Source: a virus
Strand: one strand, 5' to 3'
Length of the DNA stretch: 64,000 bases
IMG/VR virus record: IMGVR_UViG_3300017991_000090
Span: 20,745-84,744 of that record
The translations under genes were made by a program, and so were the position numbers. A model generated the notes under the pieces. The model saw only the letters and a list, made by a program, of their open reading frames with translations, was not told the origin of the DNA and searched no databases. Positions 46,383-57,300 of this stretch are shown piece after piece (the first letter of the stretch is position 1; each line of letters starts with the position of its first letter).

Positions 46383-46862
46383 ATGGGTGGAATGGATTAT
46401 CAAAACATAGCAAAAACACCAAAATTTGCAGTAGTGAGGGGGACAAGGCGTATTGTTGCGCCAGGTGAAAAAATCAGCTTAAGCCATCGTGACGTCGATA
46501 AAACAAGAGGTGGGATGCGATTCTTTGAATTAATCCCGCCAAAACCATCAACTGCTGATGCTGAAACCAGAAAGGCTCGTGAGCCGGTAATAAAACTTAA
46601 ATCAGAGAAGGTGGAACCAAAAAAGGCCAAGGTAGAAAAAAAGCCGGAGAAAAAGATACCGGTTACTGAGCCGTCTATTGGAGAGCCTCCTACAAAGGAG
46701 CCCGAGAAGCAGGAGCCCGAGAAGCAGGAGCCCGAGAAGCAGGAACCTGAGAAAAAGGAACCTGAGAAGGGGCCCGAGGAAAAGAAGGAGCCTGAAAAGG
46801 AGCCTGAAAAGAAAGAAGAAAACAAATCTTCAGAAAAAGATAGCCAAAAATCTGAGGAATAA
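46383..46862 (+). CDS. Lys/Glu/Pro-rich protein
   Basis: N-terminal IVAPGEKISL module followed by EPEKQ repeats. Confidence 0.65.
   Translation: MGGMDYQNIAKTPKFAVVRGTRRIVAPGEKISLSHRDVDKTRGGMRFFELIPPKPSTADAETRKAREPVIKLKSEKVEPKKAKVEKKPEKKIPVTEPSIGEPPTKEPEKQEPEKQEPEKQEPEKKEPEKGPEEKKEPEKEPEKKEENKSSEKDSQKSEE
46698..46812 (+). repeat. 15-bp coding tandem repeat (EPEKQ/EPEKK)
   Basis: gagcccgagaagcag x3, then degenerate copies. Confidence 0.85.
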
Positions 46863-46887
46863 AATATAATTAATCAAGGAGACAGTT

Positions 46888-47409
46888 ATGTTATACATCA
46901 ATAAAGCAAAGGTCCGTAAGCTGATCGGCGTAAGGCGCGTGAAGAAATGGATTCAGCCCGGTGAGACTGTTGATTTGGATAGCTTTGACGTCAGAAACCT
47001 CGGTATGAATTCTGTTTATTTTGAAGCATACGTCCCTGAACCGGAAGAAAAACCAGCACCTCCCGCCGAAGAGCCAAAAACAGAAGAGCCCAAAGTAGAT
47101 GAACCGGCTGATAGCGGCGATGATGAAAAGAAAGAGCCGGAGAAAAAGGAGCCGGAGAAAAAGGACCCTCCCAAAAAGTCCAAAAAGGAGTTAGAGGCTG
47201 AGAAAAAGGCCGCTAAGAAAAAGGAAGCCGACGCCCGCAAGGCTCTCAAAGAGTCTCTTACCGGAATGACTAAAGTTCGTCTTATTGAGGTCGGCGAAGA
47301 AGTGATTGGTGTTGATGTCAAATCGAGAGACACCAAAGACGCCATAATCAAGCAGCTTATGAAAGCAGCCAAGGATAAAGGTTACGAATACGTTCTGAAA
47401 AACTCTTAA
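46888..47409 (+). CDS. Lys/Glu-rich protein, possible C-terminal Rho-N/HeH-like motif
   Basis: WIQPGETVDL module; MTKVRLIE...TKDAIIKQL. Confidence 0.6.
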   Translation: MLYINKAKVRKLIGVRRVKKWIQPGETVDLDSFDVRNLGMNSVYFEAYVPEPEEKPAPPAEEPKTEEPKVDEPADSGDDEKKEPEKKEPEKKDPPKKSKKELEAEKKAAKKKEADARKALKESLTGMTKVRLIEVGEEVIGVDVKSRDTKDAIIKQLMKAAKDKGYEYVLKNS

Positions 47410-47413
47410 TGAG

Positions 47414-47908
47414 GTGAGTATGAAAACAAATAAGGAAATCTACAACGAAGCTTTTAATGACGAGCTTGAGAAAATCGCCAAGATCAGAGTTGGTGATATC
47501 GAGGACGTGGTTGGTGGATACCTTTCTGACAGCTTGGAAGATGAGGCAAGAGATCTGATTGCTAAAGAAACAGCGAAGAGGTTTGCTGTCAGACACCCCG
47601 TTTTAGCATCTCTTCCAACATTAGGGCTTCCTATATGGCCATCAATATCAAAGGGAAAGGCTATTGATAAAATTACAAAATCATTAGCCAGAAAGCACCC
47701 TGAAATCAGGAAGATGAAGGCGAAGTCTGAAAAGGATGCATATCGTGCTATGATTGAACAGCAAAAGCTTGACATTGAATCCGATAAGGCCAACCAGCTT
47801 TCAAACGCTGCAACCGCAGCCGGAATTGCTGCGCTCCCATTGATTACAACCATAATGGATAATAAGCGCAAGGAAAAAGAAAAAGAAGAAACGCCAAGCG
47901 TGTATTAA
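47414..47908 (+). CDS. Probable virion protein
   Basis: IYNEAFNDELEKIA motif. Confidence 0.65.
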   Translation: MSMKTNKEIYNEAFNDELEKIAKIRVGDIEDVVGGYLSDSLEDEARDLIAKETAKRFAVRHPVLASLPTLGLPIWPSISKGKAIDKITKSLARKHPEIRKMKAKSEKDAYRAMIEQQKLDIESDKANQLSNAATAAGIAALPLITTIMDNKRKEKEKEETPSVY

Positions 47909-47928
47909 ATTTAACCTAAGAGGTTGAA

Positions 47929-48264
47929 ATGTTATTCATATCAAATACCGGTAAAGCAAAAACGGTGAAGTCAAGCATAGGAAGATTGGTGACAATCCCT
48001 CCTGGCAATTCTTCACAGATTGATGACCCGGCGTTGCAGTCGGTAGCAAAAACCAACCGTGACCTGAAACTTCTCACTAAGGATGAATTTTATAAATCAA
48101 CCAAACAGGTTCCAATGAAGAAAAAGGTTGATGATGTTGTGAAGCAGAAGAAAGAGGAGTCTGAGAAAAAGGCCGCGGCTGTTGAAAAGAAAAAGAAGAC
48201 TGCCGCCAAAAAATCAGAGATTGAGAAGAAAAAGAAAACTGAGAAAGCCGAATCTGAAAAATAG
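47929..48264 (+). CDS. Basic low-complexity protein
   Basis: VTIPPGNS module plus Lys-rich tail. Confidence 0.6.
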   Translation: MLFISNTGKAKTVKSSIGRLVTIPPGNSSQIDDPALQSVAKTNRDLKLLTKDEFYKSTKQVPMKKKVDDVVKQKKEESEKKAAAVEKKKKTAAKKSEIEKKKKTEKAESEK

Positions 48265-48272
48265 GGGGATAT

Positions 48273-48755
48273 GTGCCAACTCCTGAAGAATACAGAGATC
48301 ACCTGCGTAATTATATAAAAGACCATGAAAATCTGAACAGGTTGTTACGGTTCGTAGAGGAAAATACCGATGACGAGCTTGATATGTATTTATATATGGC
48401 GCTGGGCTTTCTCAACTCTATACCGCCGCCCATTGGTAATTATACAATGGATACGTTTCCACACCCGGCGCTGCTGATTCATCAGGCTACGATAGAATGT
48501 CTGATATCAAACAGTATCGTTATGGCCAGAAATGATTTGACATATAATAATGGTGGTGTGACTGTCAAAATCTCTGATGGAGACCGGTATTTGAAGATGC
48601 TTCAAACTCTTTATCGTATGACCGATTTGGAAATTCAAATCTTTAAAAATAACAAAATAGCAATTAATATAAACGGTGCGTGGGGTAGCGTGTCTTCTCC
48701 TTATGGTTATTTGCATGCCGGAGCACGCACGTTAAGGCCAAATACAATCTTGTAG
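48273..48755 (+). CDS. Putative head-tail adaptor/neck protein
   Basis: Helical 160 aa with YNNGGVTVKI hairpin; lies downstream of capsid. Confidence 0.5.
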   Translation: MPTPEEYRDHLRNYIKDHENLNRLLRFVEENTDDELDMYLYMALGFLNSIPPPIGNYTMDTFPHPALLIHQATIECLISNSIVMARNDLTYNNGGVTVKISDGDRYLKMLQTLYRMTDLEIQIFKNNKIAININGAWGSVSSPYGYLHAGARTLRPNTIL

Positions 48756-48768
48756 CAAAGGAGTATAC

Positions 48769-49494
48769 ATGGAAACTCTGGCAATTGAAGATGTCATAAA
48801 ACTTGCTGCAGTAAGTTCAAAATTCAGACAATTGATTGATGAGGCTGTCAAGACGGCGGCCGACGAACCTACTGACTTTGATGAAAAGGTTCCTGCTGAA
48901 GAAGAGGAAACCAAGAAGGAAAAGAAACCACCGGAGAAGAAAGAAGAAGAGGTTGCAGCTGAACCCGTTGCTCCTCCACCACCAGCACCGCCAGAAGGAG
49001 GCGGCGGCCTTGTTACTCCCGAAGTTGCAGGAGCTAATGCGGCAAGGGCTTTTGTTGGTGAAGAAACCATGGCAGCAGCCGCAACTGGCGACCCGAACGC
49101 CCAGGATATGGTTGCACGGGTAGCCGGCCAGGTAGCAGCTGGAGTATCTGAAGCTGCGGCAAGAAGCACCGGAGCGGCAGCGCCACCTCCACCAGTCGAA
49201 GCAATGCCGCCAGAAGCTGTTCCGCCAGTACCACCGGCAGAAGGTGCGGCAGCAGGGGCAACAGCAGTTCCGGCAGCACCAGCGCAGACACCCGAAGAGA
49301 CAGTGGCAAATGATATAGTGCCTCCTCCGTCAGCAGCTCCAGCCCCAGGTGTTCAGATACCTGATAAGGGGCAGCAGACAGCAGTGGCCCCACAGGCAAA
49401 TGCCTTGCCAGTTCCAGCTGGGGGTAACGGCCAAACGGTTGACCCCGCCACGGTAGCAAAACTTATACAGTTAGCAAAAGCTGGTCAAATATAA
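48769..49494 (+). CDS. Pro/Ala-rich probable virion protein
   Basis: IKLAA and VKTAA motifs; low complexity. Confidence 0.6.
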   Translation: METLAIEDVIKLAAVSSKFRQLIDEAVKTAADEPTDFDEKVPAEEEETKKEKKPPEKKEEEVAAEPVAPPPPAPPEGGGGLVTPEVAGANAARAFVGEETMAAAATGDPNAQDMVARVAGQVAAGVSEAAARSTGAAAPPPPVEAMPPEAVPPVPPAEGAAAGATAVPAAPAQTPEETVANDIVPPPSAAPAPGVQIPDKGQQTAVAPQANALPVPAGGNGQTVDPATVAKLIQLAKAGQI

Positions 49495-49524
49495 TTGATT
49501 AACCGGTTTTGACTGAATAATACG

Positions 49525-49556
49525 AAAGGGGTGGAAAATCTTTTCTACCCCTTTTC
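49525..49556 (+). terminator. Probable terminator
   Basis: GAAAGGGGTGGAAAA-tc-TTTTCTACCCCTTTTC. Confidence 0.6.
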
Positions 49557-49617
49557 TATAATTGGTAAGTGACAACTCGTAAACTATATTATAATATATT
49601 AGTATAGGGAGATAACG

Positions 49618-50187
49618 ATGTCTCAGAAAATTACTAAAAACTTTTCATTTTATGAGTTCAAGCCGAAGGGTAAGCCGCGAGTATGGCTGCCATCCAGCTC
49701 TTACCAGCGTAAATTAATAGTCAATCTTGCCGAAAATCTCCAGATTGTCAGGTCTGCAATGCCGAAGGGTTACATACAAATCACTTCAGGAGTCAGGTCT
49801 GCTGAAGATTACACAAGGTTGGTCAAGGCTGGATATCGGCCGTCAAAGACCAGTGACCATAATTGCGGTAACGCTGTGCCACTTACCATTAATTCGAGAA
49901 AGTATAAAAAGTATGGACCAACTTATAATTTCTCTGTTGGAGCTGCTGATTGTGTATCTCGTGGCTTTCCTGTTTATGAATTATTTCGATTAGCGCAGGA
50001 GCTGGTAAACAAGGGTAAATGTAAATTTGGACAGGTTATATACGAAGAGAATCCGAGAAGTGGAGCACAATGGGTGCACTTTGGAGGAGATCCGGGTTTC
50101 GTCTTTTCAGAACGAATTGTTGCTTTTATCAACAGGACTCAGTTTCTCCAAAGCCTCGATGGTGGAAGAAGTTATCAGGTAGCCTAA
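49618..50187 (+). CDS. Peptidase M15-like (putative endolysin)
   Basis: ITKNFSFYEF, ITSGVRS, SDH...GAAD and WVH Zn ligands. Confidence 0.75.
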   Translation: MSQKITKNFSFYEFKPKGKPRVWLPSSSYQRKLIVNLAENLQIVRSAMPKGYIQITSGVRSAEDYTRLVKAGYRPSKTSDHNCGNAVPLTINSRKYKKYGPTYNFSVGAADCVSRGFPVYELFRLAQELVNKGKCKFGQVIYEENPRSGAQWVHFGGDPGFVFSERIVAFINRTQFLQSLDGGRSYQVA

Positions 50188-50199
50188 TAGGCGGTTATA

Positions 50200-51582
50200 A
50201 TGCAATTTTCACTTGTTGAAGTTGTAAAAACTAAAAATAATACATTCTACATAGAATGGGACATGGCTCCCGGGACTGGTGAGTCTGTCGATGACTGGAA
50301 GTTCCAGATTCACTGGAGCTTTGACCCGGCCGAAGGGTTTCTGCCAGTCACTGATGAGAATGAAGATCCGATTGAGATAGATGGCGCTGTCGGTCCGCTG
50401 GTATATGACCATCAGCACTGGCAGTACAATTTCAATAAAGACCGGTATTATAAAGTCCTTGCTATCTTCAAAGCCGATGAAAATATCAATTTCTTTTCAG
50501 AAAAAGTATATATCGGCATGTACAGCGACGGTCATCACGAAACGATGCGTCACGCTGAAGAGACTCTGTATACCATGTACCATGGTGAGCCTTGTCTCAT
50601 TATTAAGCGTAAAAGTTTCGGTGCGCGGTGCCCGACCTGCTGGTCGCCAGAGCGCCAACAGCGTGTAAGGTCTCATTGTGACACCTGCCAGGGAACCGGT
50701 TATGTGGTCGGGTATTATCAGCCCATTTCAATTCAGGTGTCATTCGATTCAGACCCGAAAAAGTCAGACTCTCAGAAAGAATGGGAGAATGTTTACGATA
50801 CAAAGCGGGCAAGGCTCAGTAACTATCCATTGGTAAGGCCGAAAGACCTTATCGTCAACCAGGATGATAATAAACGGTACGTTATATCCCATGTGGAGAC
50901 GACAAAGCTTCCTCGGGTAAGTCAACTCGAACCGGAACTTACTCTTTCGAAGCAGAATTATATCCTCAGTCAGCTACTAACCCTCGAAGAGCTTAATCCT
51001 GATGACAACGAGTATTTCATAGATGTGGATAATATCCCCGACATCCCCATCTCAGACGAAGGGCAAACGGGGAGCACTCTTCCATTCTTTAATGACCACA
51101 TGCCGGTGACAGTCGACCCTCCGCTGGAAATAACTGATGGTCAGCAGCATATCGTCTTAAATTACAGCTCTGATGATTTTGAGGTAGTTGCAGGCGCTTT
51201 GGCTCTTAAAAACAGCACAGGCTCACTTGGAACAGAAGTGTATGAAGCCGCGGAGGTGATACCCACAGCTTTAAAAGTTGTGGCTGTAAATAATGATGGG
51301 AAGATAATACTTGCGGATCATACTGATATAACTCATCTTAATAGAGTAGTCGGAATTGCTTTGAGCGCTGCTGGTATTGGAAATGAGATACTCGTTCAGA
51401 AATTAGGCAAGCTCGAATATTCCGGTTGGAATTGGACGATAGGAAGAAGTATTTTCTTTAATAGCGACAGTGATTTGGTACAGGCTCCGCAGGAAACAGC
51501 TTTTTGGATGATTGTGGCCAAACCTGTCAAGACAAATAGAATAGAAATTCATTTACGTGTTCCAGTAATAAGGGCTGTGTAA
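50200..51582 (+). CDS. Putative neck/head-closure protein with appended C-terminal domain
   Basis: CPTC...CDTCQGTGYV.GY motif, then a capsid-cement-like C-terminal domain. Confidence 0.5.
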   Translation: MQFSLVEVVKTKNNTFYIEWDMAPGTGESVDDWKFQIHWSFDPAEGFLPVTDENEDPIEIDGAVGPLVYDHQHWQYNFNKDRYYKVLAIFKADENINFFSEKVYIGMYSDGHHETMRHAEETLYTMYHGEPCLIIKRKSFGARCPTCWSPERQQRVRSHCDTCQGTGYVVGYYQPISIQVSFDSDPKKSDSQKEWENVYDTKRARLSNYPLVRPKDLIVNQDDNKRYVISHVETTKLPRVSQLEPELTLSKQNYILSQLLTLEELNPDDNEYFIDVDNIPDIPISDEGQTGSTLPFFNDHMPVTVDPPLEITDGQQHIVLNYSSDDFEVVAGALALKNSTGSLGTEVYEAAEVIPTALKVVAVNNDGKIILADHTDITHLNRVVGIALSAAGIGNEILVQKLGKLEYSGWNWTIGRSIFFNSDSDLVQAPQETAFWMIVAKPVKTNRIEIHLRVPVIRAV

Positions 51583-51583
51583 A

Positions 51584-54379
51584 GTGGCAAAGACAGACTT
51601 ACCAGATACAAAAGGTGAAATAACCGATATCGGTGATAATACCTATGAAATAAGGTATGATGAGGACGCAAAGGTTGAAATAGGTGATAAAACCCAAACA
51701 ACCAAATTTGTTCCGTCAGTCAAGCTTTATAAATGGGATGATGCCTTTTTTGAACTTACTGTTCCAACCACTGAGGTAAAGGTTCCAGACCTTACTGATA
51801 ACATTCTTACATGGGTAACGCCTGATTATACATTAAGGTTTTATCCTGAAGAAAAAACAGCTTATATGGAAGAGGGCGGCCTTGAGTTTGAAATAATCCT
51901 TAATAAGGCGATGGTTGGAAATCAAATAGAACTTGATTTTAAAAGCCAAAACCTTGAGTTTCTTAAACAGCTTGCTTATGACCAGCAGATTCCAGCTCCT
52001 GAAGATGCTGATATAGGGGTTGTTACCAAAACTGAAACACAAGGATTGCGAGCTGACAAAAGCGTTGCTGTCAGTATGCCGGAAAACGCTATAAACTCAT
52101 ACGCTGTTTATCACCAATCGAAAATGCATGGAAGATACAAAACCGGAAAGGCATTTCATATTTGGAGATTAAAAGCGATAGACAGTAAATTAAATGAAGC
52201 GTGGTGTGATGTAGATATTGAGGAGAATCCTACAAAATCTATTGAAAAAACCGGTAAGTTTACAATTACGATACCAAAATCTTTTCTTGATACTGCATCG
52301 TACCCGGTTACCATCGACCCTACATTTGGATATACTACTCTTGGTACTACGACTGTAACTCAGGAGGACTTGGTTATTGGGAGGTCTGTGGCTCCAAGCT
52401 CTGGTGGAAGAATTATAGAATTATATGTCGGGCTTGAAGGCGGCACTGCTGTTCCAGCTAATGACTGGGATTCTGGTGATGAAGTTCAAATGGCACTATA
52501 TTCTGTATCAGGCACTACTGGAACATTAATGCGCCCCACTTCTGAGGTGTTAGAAGATGGCCATGCTGCTGCTGGGTTTGTTAAATTTAAACCCAGAGGC
52601 GGGATAGTAATAGAAAATGCGCAAGAATATCTGATAGCATCGGCACGTTATACCACAGGTATAAGAAGAGATACCGGTTTTACTTCAGGTGATTCAAAAT
52701 ATTTTGCTCATATCAACTTTGTAAAGCCAGGTTATCATTGGTTAGAATCAGCAACATTGACAAATTCTTCAAGCCGCTATTCAACCTATGCGCGATACGC
52801 AGATACTGGTTCAAATGGTGAAGATTTCGGCATTTCTGCGACTGTTGGAACATCTCAAGCAGTTGTGAATGCGCGATATATGGGCGGTACTACTCCTGAT
52901 TGCGACCATATGTATGTTGATACATTAAATTATTATGCTTTGGCAGCAGGGACTATAACTATCGCACTTTACACTGGGGGAGCGTTGGATGACCCTACCG
53001 GAGCAACAAGGAGGACATACGCCGCCAATGTTTCTGTTGTCGCTGGGTGGAACGCAATAAGTGTTACGAAATATAAATTACCAAAAAATACTATTTTCTG
53101 GATAGGGTGGGCCGCAGATGCGTCGGCTGACCCATATGCGTCTTCAAGCTCTGCTGATGCTGGAGATTTCCAGACGGCAAGAGGAAGATGGAGTCAAACT
53201 ACTCCTGCCGATTATGATGAAACAACGGCGATGCCAACCAGCCCTGGTGCAGGATCGTTTAGTGATTTCTGGTACCTTGTTAATGCTACAATTGAGGTCG
53301 AAGAAGAAGACTATGATGATTGGGCATATAATAGGAAGTTATGGATTGATACTACATCTGATGGTGCTGATGTAAGCGGAAATGTTGACGACTTCCCTAT
53401 ATTGGTCAGGCTTGATACTTATAAAGTTCCATTTGCTCAATGTAATTCAGACGGTTCTGATATACGATTTGAAGACTCTTCCGGAAACAAGTTATGGTTC
53501 GAAAAAGAGCGATGGGACAATACTAATAAGCTTGGTGAATTCTGGGTCTTTATGCCGACAGTTTCCGGTAATACCAAGCAGTATATTACTGTTTACTGGG
53601 GCAAATCTGATGCAGAAGACATATCATATTCTTTCAATGTTTTCAGGAGAAATGCTGGATTTGCGGCAGTGTATCATCTGAATGAAAGTTTTGTCGATGC
53701 GACTGATAATGAATACAATGGAACCAACAATGGTTCTGACGATGTAGAGGGTGTCTCTGCTCGTGGTCGAGAATTCGTTGAAGCAAATAGTGATTATATA
53801 TCAGCCACGTTGACACATGTATTTAATAGCATTTCGACCCAAAACCATCGAGTGTCATTCTGGATGGATGCTGATGATATAGCTACACAGTCACCATGGA
53901 CTCGAATATTTGAAGCACGATATGACGATGACAATTTTGTACAATTTGTAATTCAGGATGTTGCTGGAGACCTGGCTTTCAATGTCGAAGACGCGACTAC
54001 TCAAAGAAGCCAGATGGTTGATTCGGCTATTAGCGCTGGTACAGAATATCATGTTGTTGGTATTTGGGAAGCTGCTGTTGATACGCTTACACTGTCCGTA
54101 AATGGAGTAACACAATCAACCGCTGGTGCAACAAACGCAGGCCCTGGTACGGCACAGGCTGTTAATATCGGCCGAAGAACAGACGGGTCAGCATTAACTC
54201 ATTACGACGGGATGATCGACGAAGTTCGTATTGACAGAATATTACGTTCTCAGGATTGGAGAACTTTAAGATATGAAACTGAAAGAAAAGACCAAACCAG
54301 TGTCTTCTTTGATGCTGACATGGATATGCGCACTGTAGGCAGAGGCACCCGTAGAGGTGTTGGAAACGGTGTCGGATAA
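51584..54379 (+). CDS. Virion surface protein with DUF2341-like and LamG/concanavalin-like domains
   Basis: FPILVRL..DGSDIRF...FWV...VYWG (DUF2341-like); VYHLNE, YHVVGIW and YDGMIDEVRI (LamG-like). Confidence 0.7.
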   Translation: MAKTDLPDTKGEITDIGDNTYEIRYDEDAKVEIGDKTQTTKFVPSVKLYKWDDAFFELTVPTTEVKVPDLTDNILTWVTPDYTLRFYPEEKTAYMEEGGLEFEIILNKAMVGNQIELDFKSQNLEFLKQLAYDQQIPAPEDADIGVVTKTETQGLRADKSVAVSMPENAINSYAVYHQSKMHGRYKTGKAFHIWRLKAIDSKLNEAWCDVDIEENPTKSIEKTGKFTITIPKSFLDTASYPVTIDPTFGYTTLGTTTVTQEDLVIGRSVAPSSGGRIIELYVGLEGGTAVPANDWDSGDEVQMALYSVSGTTGTLMRPTSEVLEDGHAAAGFVKFKPRGGIVIENAQEYLIASARYTTGIRRDTGFTSGDSKYFAHINFVKPGYHWLESATLTNSSSRYSTYARYADTGSNGEDFGISATVGTSQAVVNARYMGGTTPDCDHMYVDTLNYYALAAGTITIALYTGGALDDPTGATRRTYAANVSVVAGWNAISVTKYKLPKNTIFWIGWAADASADPYASSSSADAGDFQTARGRWSQTTPADYDETTAMPTSPGAGSFSDFWYLVNATIEVEEEDYDDWAYNRKLWIDTTSDGADVSGNVDDFPILVRLDTYKVPFAQCNSDGSDIRFEDSSGNKLWFEKERWDNTNKLGEFWVFMPTVSGNTKQYITVYWGKSDAEDISYSFNVFRRNAGFAAVYHLNESFVDATDNEYNGTNNGSDDVEGVSARGREFVEANSDYISATLTHVFNSISTQNHRVSFWMDADDIATQSPWTRIFEARYDDDNFVQFVIQDVAGDLAFNVEDATTQRSQMVDSAISAGTEYHVVGIWEAAVDTLTLSVNGVTQSTAGATNAGPGTAQAVNIGRRTDGSALTHYDGMIDEVRIDRILRSQDWRTLRYETERKDQTSVFFDADMDMRTVGRGTRRGVGNGVG

Positions 54380-54395
54380 TAGAAGGAGTTAATAT

Positions 54396-57300
54396 ATGGA
54401 ACTTACGAGAGAACAAAATGTAGCGTCATACTTTGTAATACCGCTGATCGATGCGTCGAATCGGCCTGATTACAAAGCCGGACCAACGCTGACGGCCGGT
54501 GACGTTAAGGTTATTCGTCATACTGGCGGGAGCTGGAATGTATCCAATATTGGAACTCTTCCGTCTGCGATAACCGGCGCTACTACACAGCTTTTAGTCA
54601 CTTTGACAGCGACAGAGCTTAATCCTGATGATAATAAATATCCTGTGATTATTCAGTTTGTAGACCAGACTGATCCGAAAGAGTGGGACGATCAGACGGT
54701 TATTATCTGGACACGGCCTGTTGTATCGAACGTGACAGAGCTTGACGGTGGCGCACAATCGCTCACTGACCTTAAGGATTTTGCTGATGCCGGATATGAC
54801 CCTGCAACGAATAAGGTTGAGGGTGTTAAGCTGGTTGATACCACTACGACGAATACCGATCTGTCAGCTCATGACAGTAAACTTGACACTGTTGACACTG
54901 TTGTTGATGCAATAAAAGCTGTTACAGACAATCTGCCTAATAGCGGCGCATTAACAGATATAGATACTGGGGTTAATAATATTGAAGCGAAGCTGCCTAC
55001 TAATTATATCATGGGCTCTGGAGTACAGACTGACAAAGATGATGAGATTGATGCTATTAAAGCTGTTACAGATAATCTTCCAAACAGTGGTGCTCTTACC
55101 GATATTGACACCGGTATAAATAACATCGAAGGAAAACTTCCTACCAACTATATCATGGGCTCGTCAGTTCAGACTGATAAGGACGATGAAATCGATGCAA
55201 TTAAAGCTAAGACTGATAATTTGCCAGCTGACCCTGCATCAGAAACCAATGTAGACGCTAATGAGGCCAAGATTGACATTATAGATACAAATGTTGATGC
55301 TATTAAAGCCAAAACAGACAACCTGCCAGCAGACCCTGCATCAGAAACAAACGTCGATGCAAATGAGACTAAGATTGATGCTATTGATACTGTTGTCGAT
55401 GCAATTAAGGCAGTTACCGATAATCTTCCAAATAGTGGAGCTCTTACAGATATCGATACTGGTGTTAATAATATTGAGGCCAAACTGCCGACCAATTATA
55501 TCATGGGCTCTTCTGTCCAGACTGATAAGGATGATGAGATTGATGCTATTAAAGCAAAAACTGATGACCTTGCTTTTACTGCCGGAAATGTCCATGCTGA
55601 TATTCAGGAATACAATACCCATCCTGATGTCGATCTTGCAGACGATGCGATTACTGCTGCGAAATTCGATGAAACTACAGCATACCCACTTAAGTCTGAT
55701 GACAGTGGTAGTACTCAGGTTGCCCGTACCGGAGCAGATGCCGATACCCTTGAAACGCTATCTGACCAGATTGATGGTGTCCAGACAAGTGTTGACGGTA
55801 TTCAGAATAATACCAATTTTGTAGCGACTGTTCCTCAACATATGTTAATACCTGATTCAGGTGATACCATGTATAAAATCACTGTTCACTTTTACGATAG
55901 TGACGGAAACATGGAAGACCCAGACAGTAATGAAATTGACATTCTGTATGAGGGTGTCGATGGTACTGATAAGGATGCGTTCTTCGATGATGCTGGCGGA
56001 ATAACAGGAGCAACAGCTGGAGTTATTGATGCAAATATGTGGAAGATGGTTCGGATAGGTGTTGGCCATTATGAGACATATTACAAGCTTCCAAGCACTG
56101 AAAGCCCAGAACAATGGACCGCTTCATTCAAGCTTAATGAGGCGTCAACACTATTACAGTACGCTCGCTCAACAAATGTTGTAGATGAGACTCCTGGATC
56201 GACCACTTTGGCTGATAATACAACCAATGCTGACATTATTGCAGAAGCTCTGAAAGAAAGAGATGTGTCAGGAGTATCTGCTGTTTCAGGATCTGTCTAT
56301 AAAGACATTATGGATAATATCGATACGAATGAAACCAAAATCGATACTGTCGATACGGTTGTTGACGCAATTAAGGCGAAAACGGACAACCTTCCTGCCG
56401 ATCCAGCATCTGAAACTAACGTTGATGCTAATGAGACTAAAATTGATGCTATCGATACAGTTGTTGATGCTATTAAGGCTGTAACTGACAACCTTCCAAA
56501 CTCTGGTGCACTTACTGATATCGATACCGGAATAAATAATATTGAGGCGAAACTGCCTACTAATTATATCATGGGCAGCTCGGTACAGACAGATAAGGAT
56601 GATGAGATCGATGCTATTAAGGCAAAGACTGACAACCTTCCTGCCGACCCGGCATCCGAAACCAATGTCGATGCCAATGAAGCGAAAATAGACATTATCG
56701 ACACTGTCGTTGATGCTATTAAGGTCAAGACAGATAATCTTCCAGTTGACCCTGCAAGTGAAACCAATGTCGATGCTAATGAAGCGAAAATAGACATTAT
56801 AGACACAGTGGTCGATGCAATTAAATTAGTGACTGATAACCTTCCTAACTCAGGTTCGCTTACCGATATTGATACCGGAATAAATAATATTGAGGCCAAG
56901 TTACCTACTAATTACATCATGGGTAGCTCTGTGCAGTCTGATAAGGATGACGAAATAGATTCTATCAAATCTACTGTTGAAGGTCTTAATGACATATCGG
57001 CGGCTGAAGTAAATGCTGAAGTCGATCAAGCACTGATAGATATAAATCTTGACCACTTGCTGGCAGTTGCTGATGCTGACGATGTAGTTGATAACTCTGT
57101 GATCGCAAAGCTTGCTGCAAAGGGCGCAACTGCTGATTGGAGTACATTTGATAATACTACAAATTCACTTGAAGCAATTACTGATGACCTTGCAGTGGTA
57201 GATGCAACCGCAGATGCTATTAAAGCCAAAACAGATAATCTACCTGCAGACCCAGCATCTGAGACCAATGTTGATGCTACTGAAGTTAAGGTTGATGCCA

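Noticed and set aside
34613-51582. Portal, tail sheath or tube assignments
   Set aside because: No ORF here shows motifs I can recognise for these; they may lie outside the window or be too diverged.
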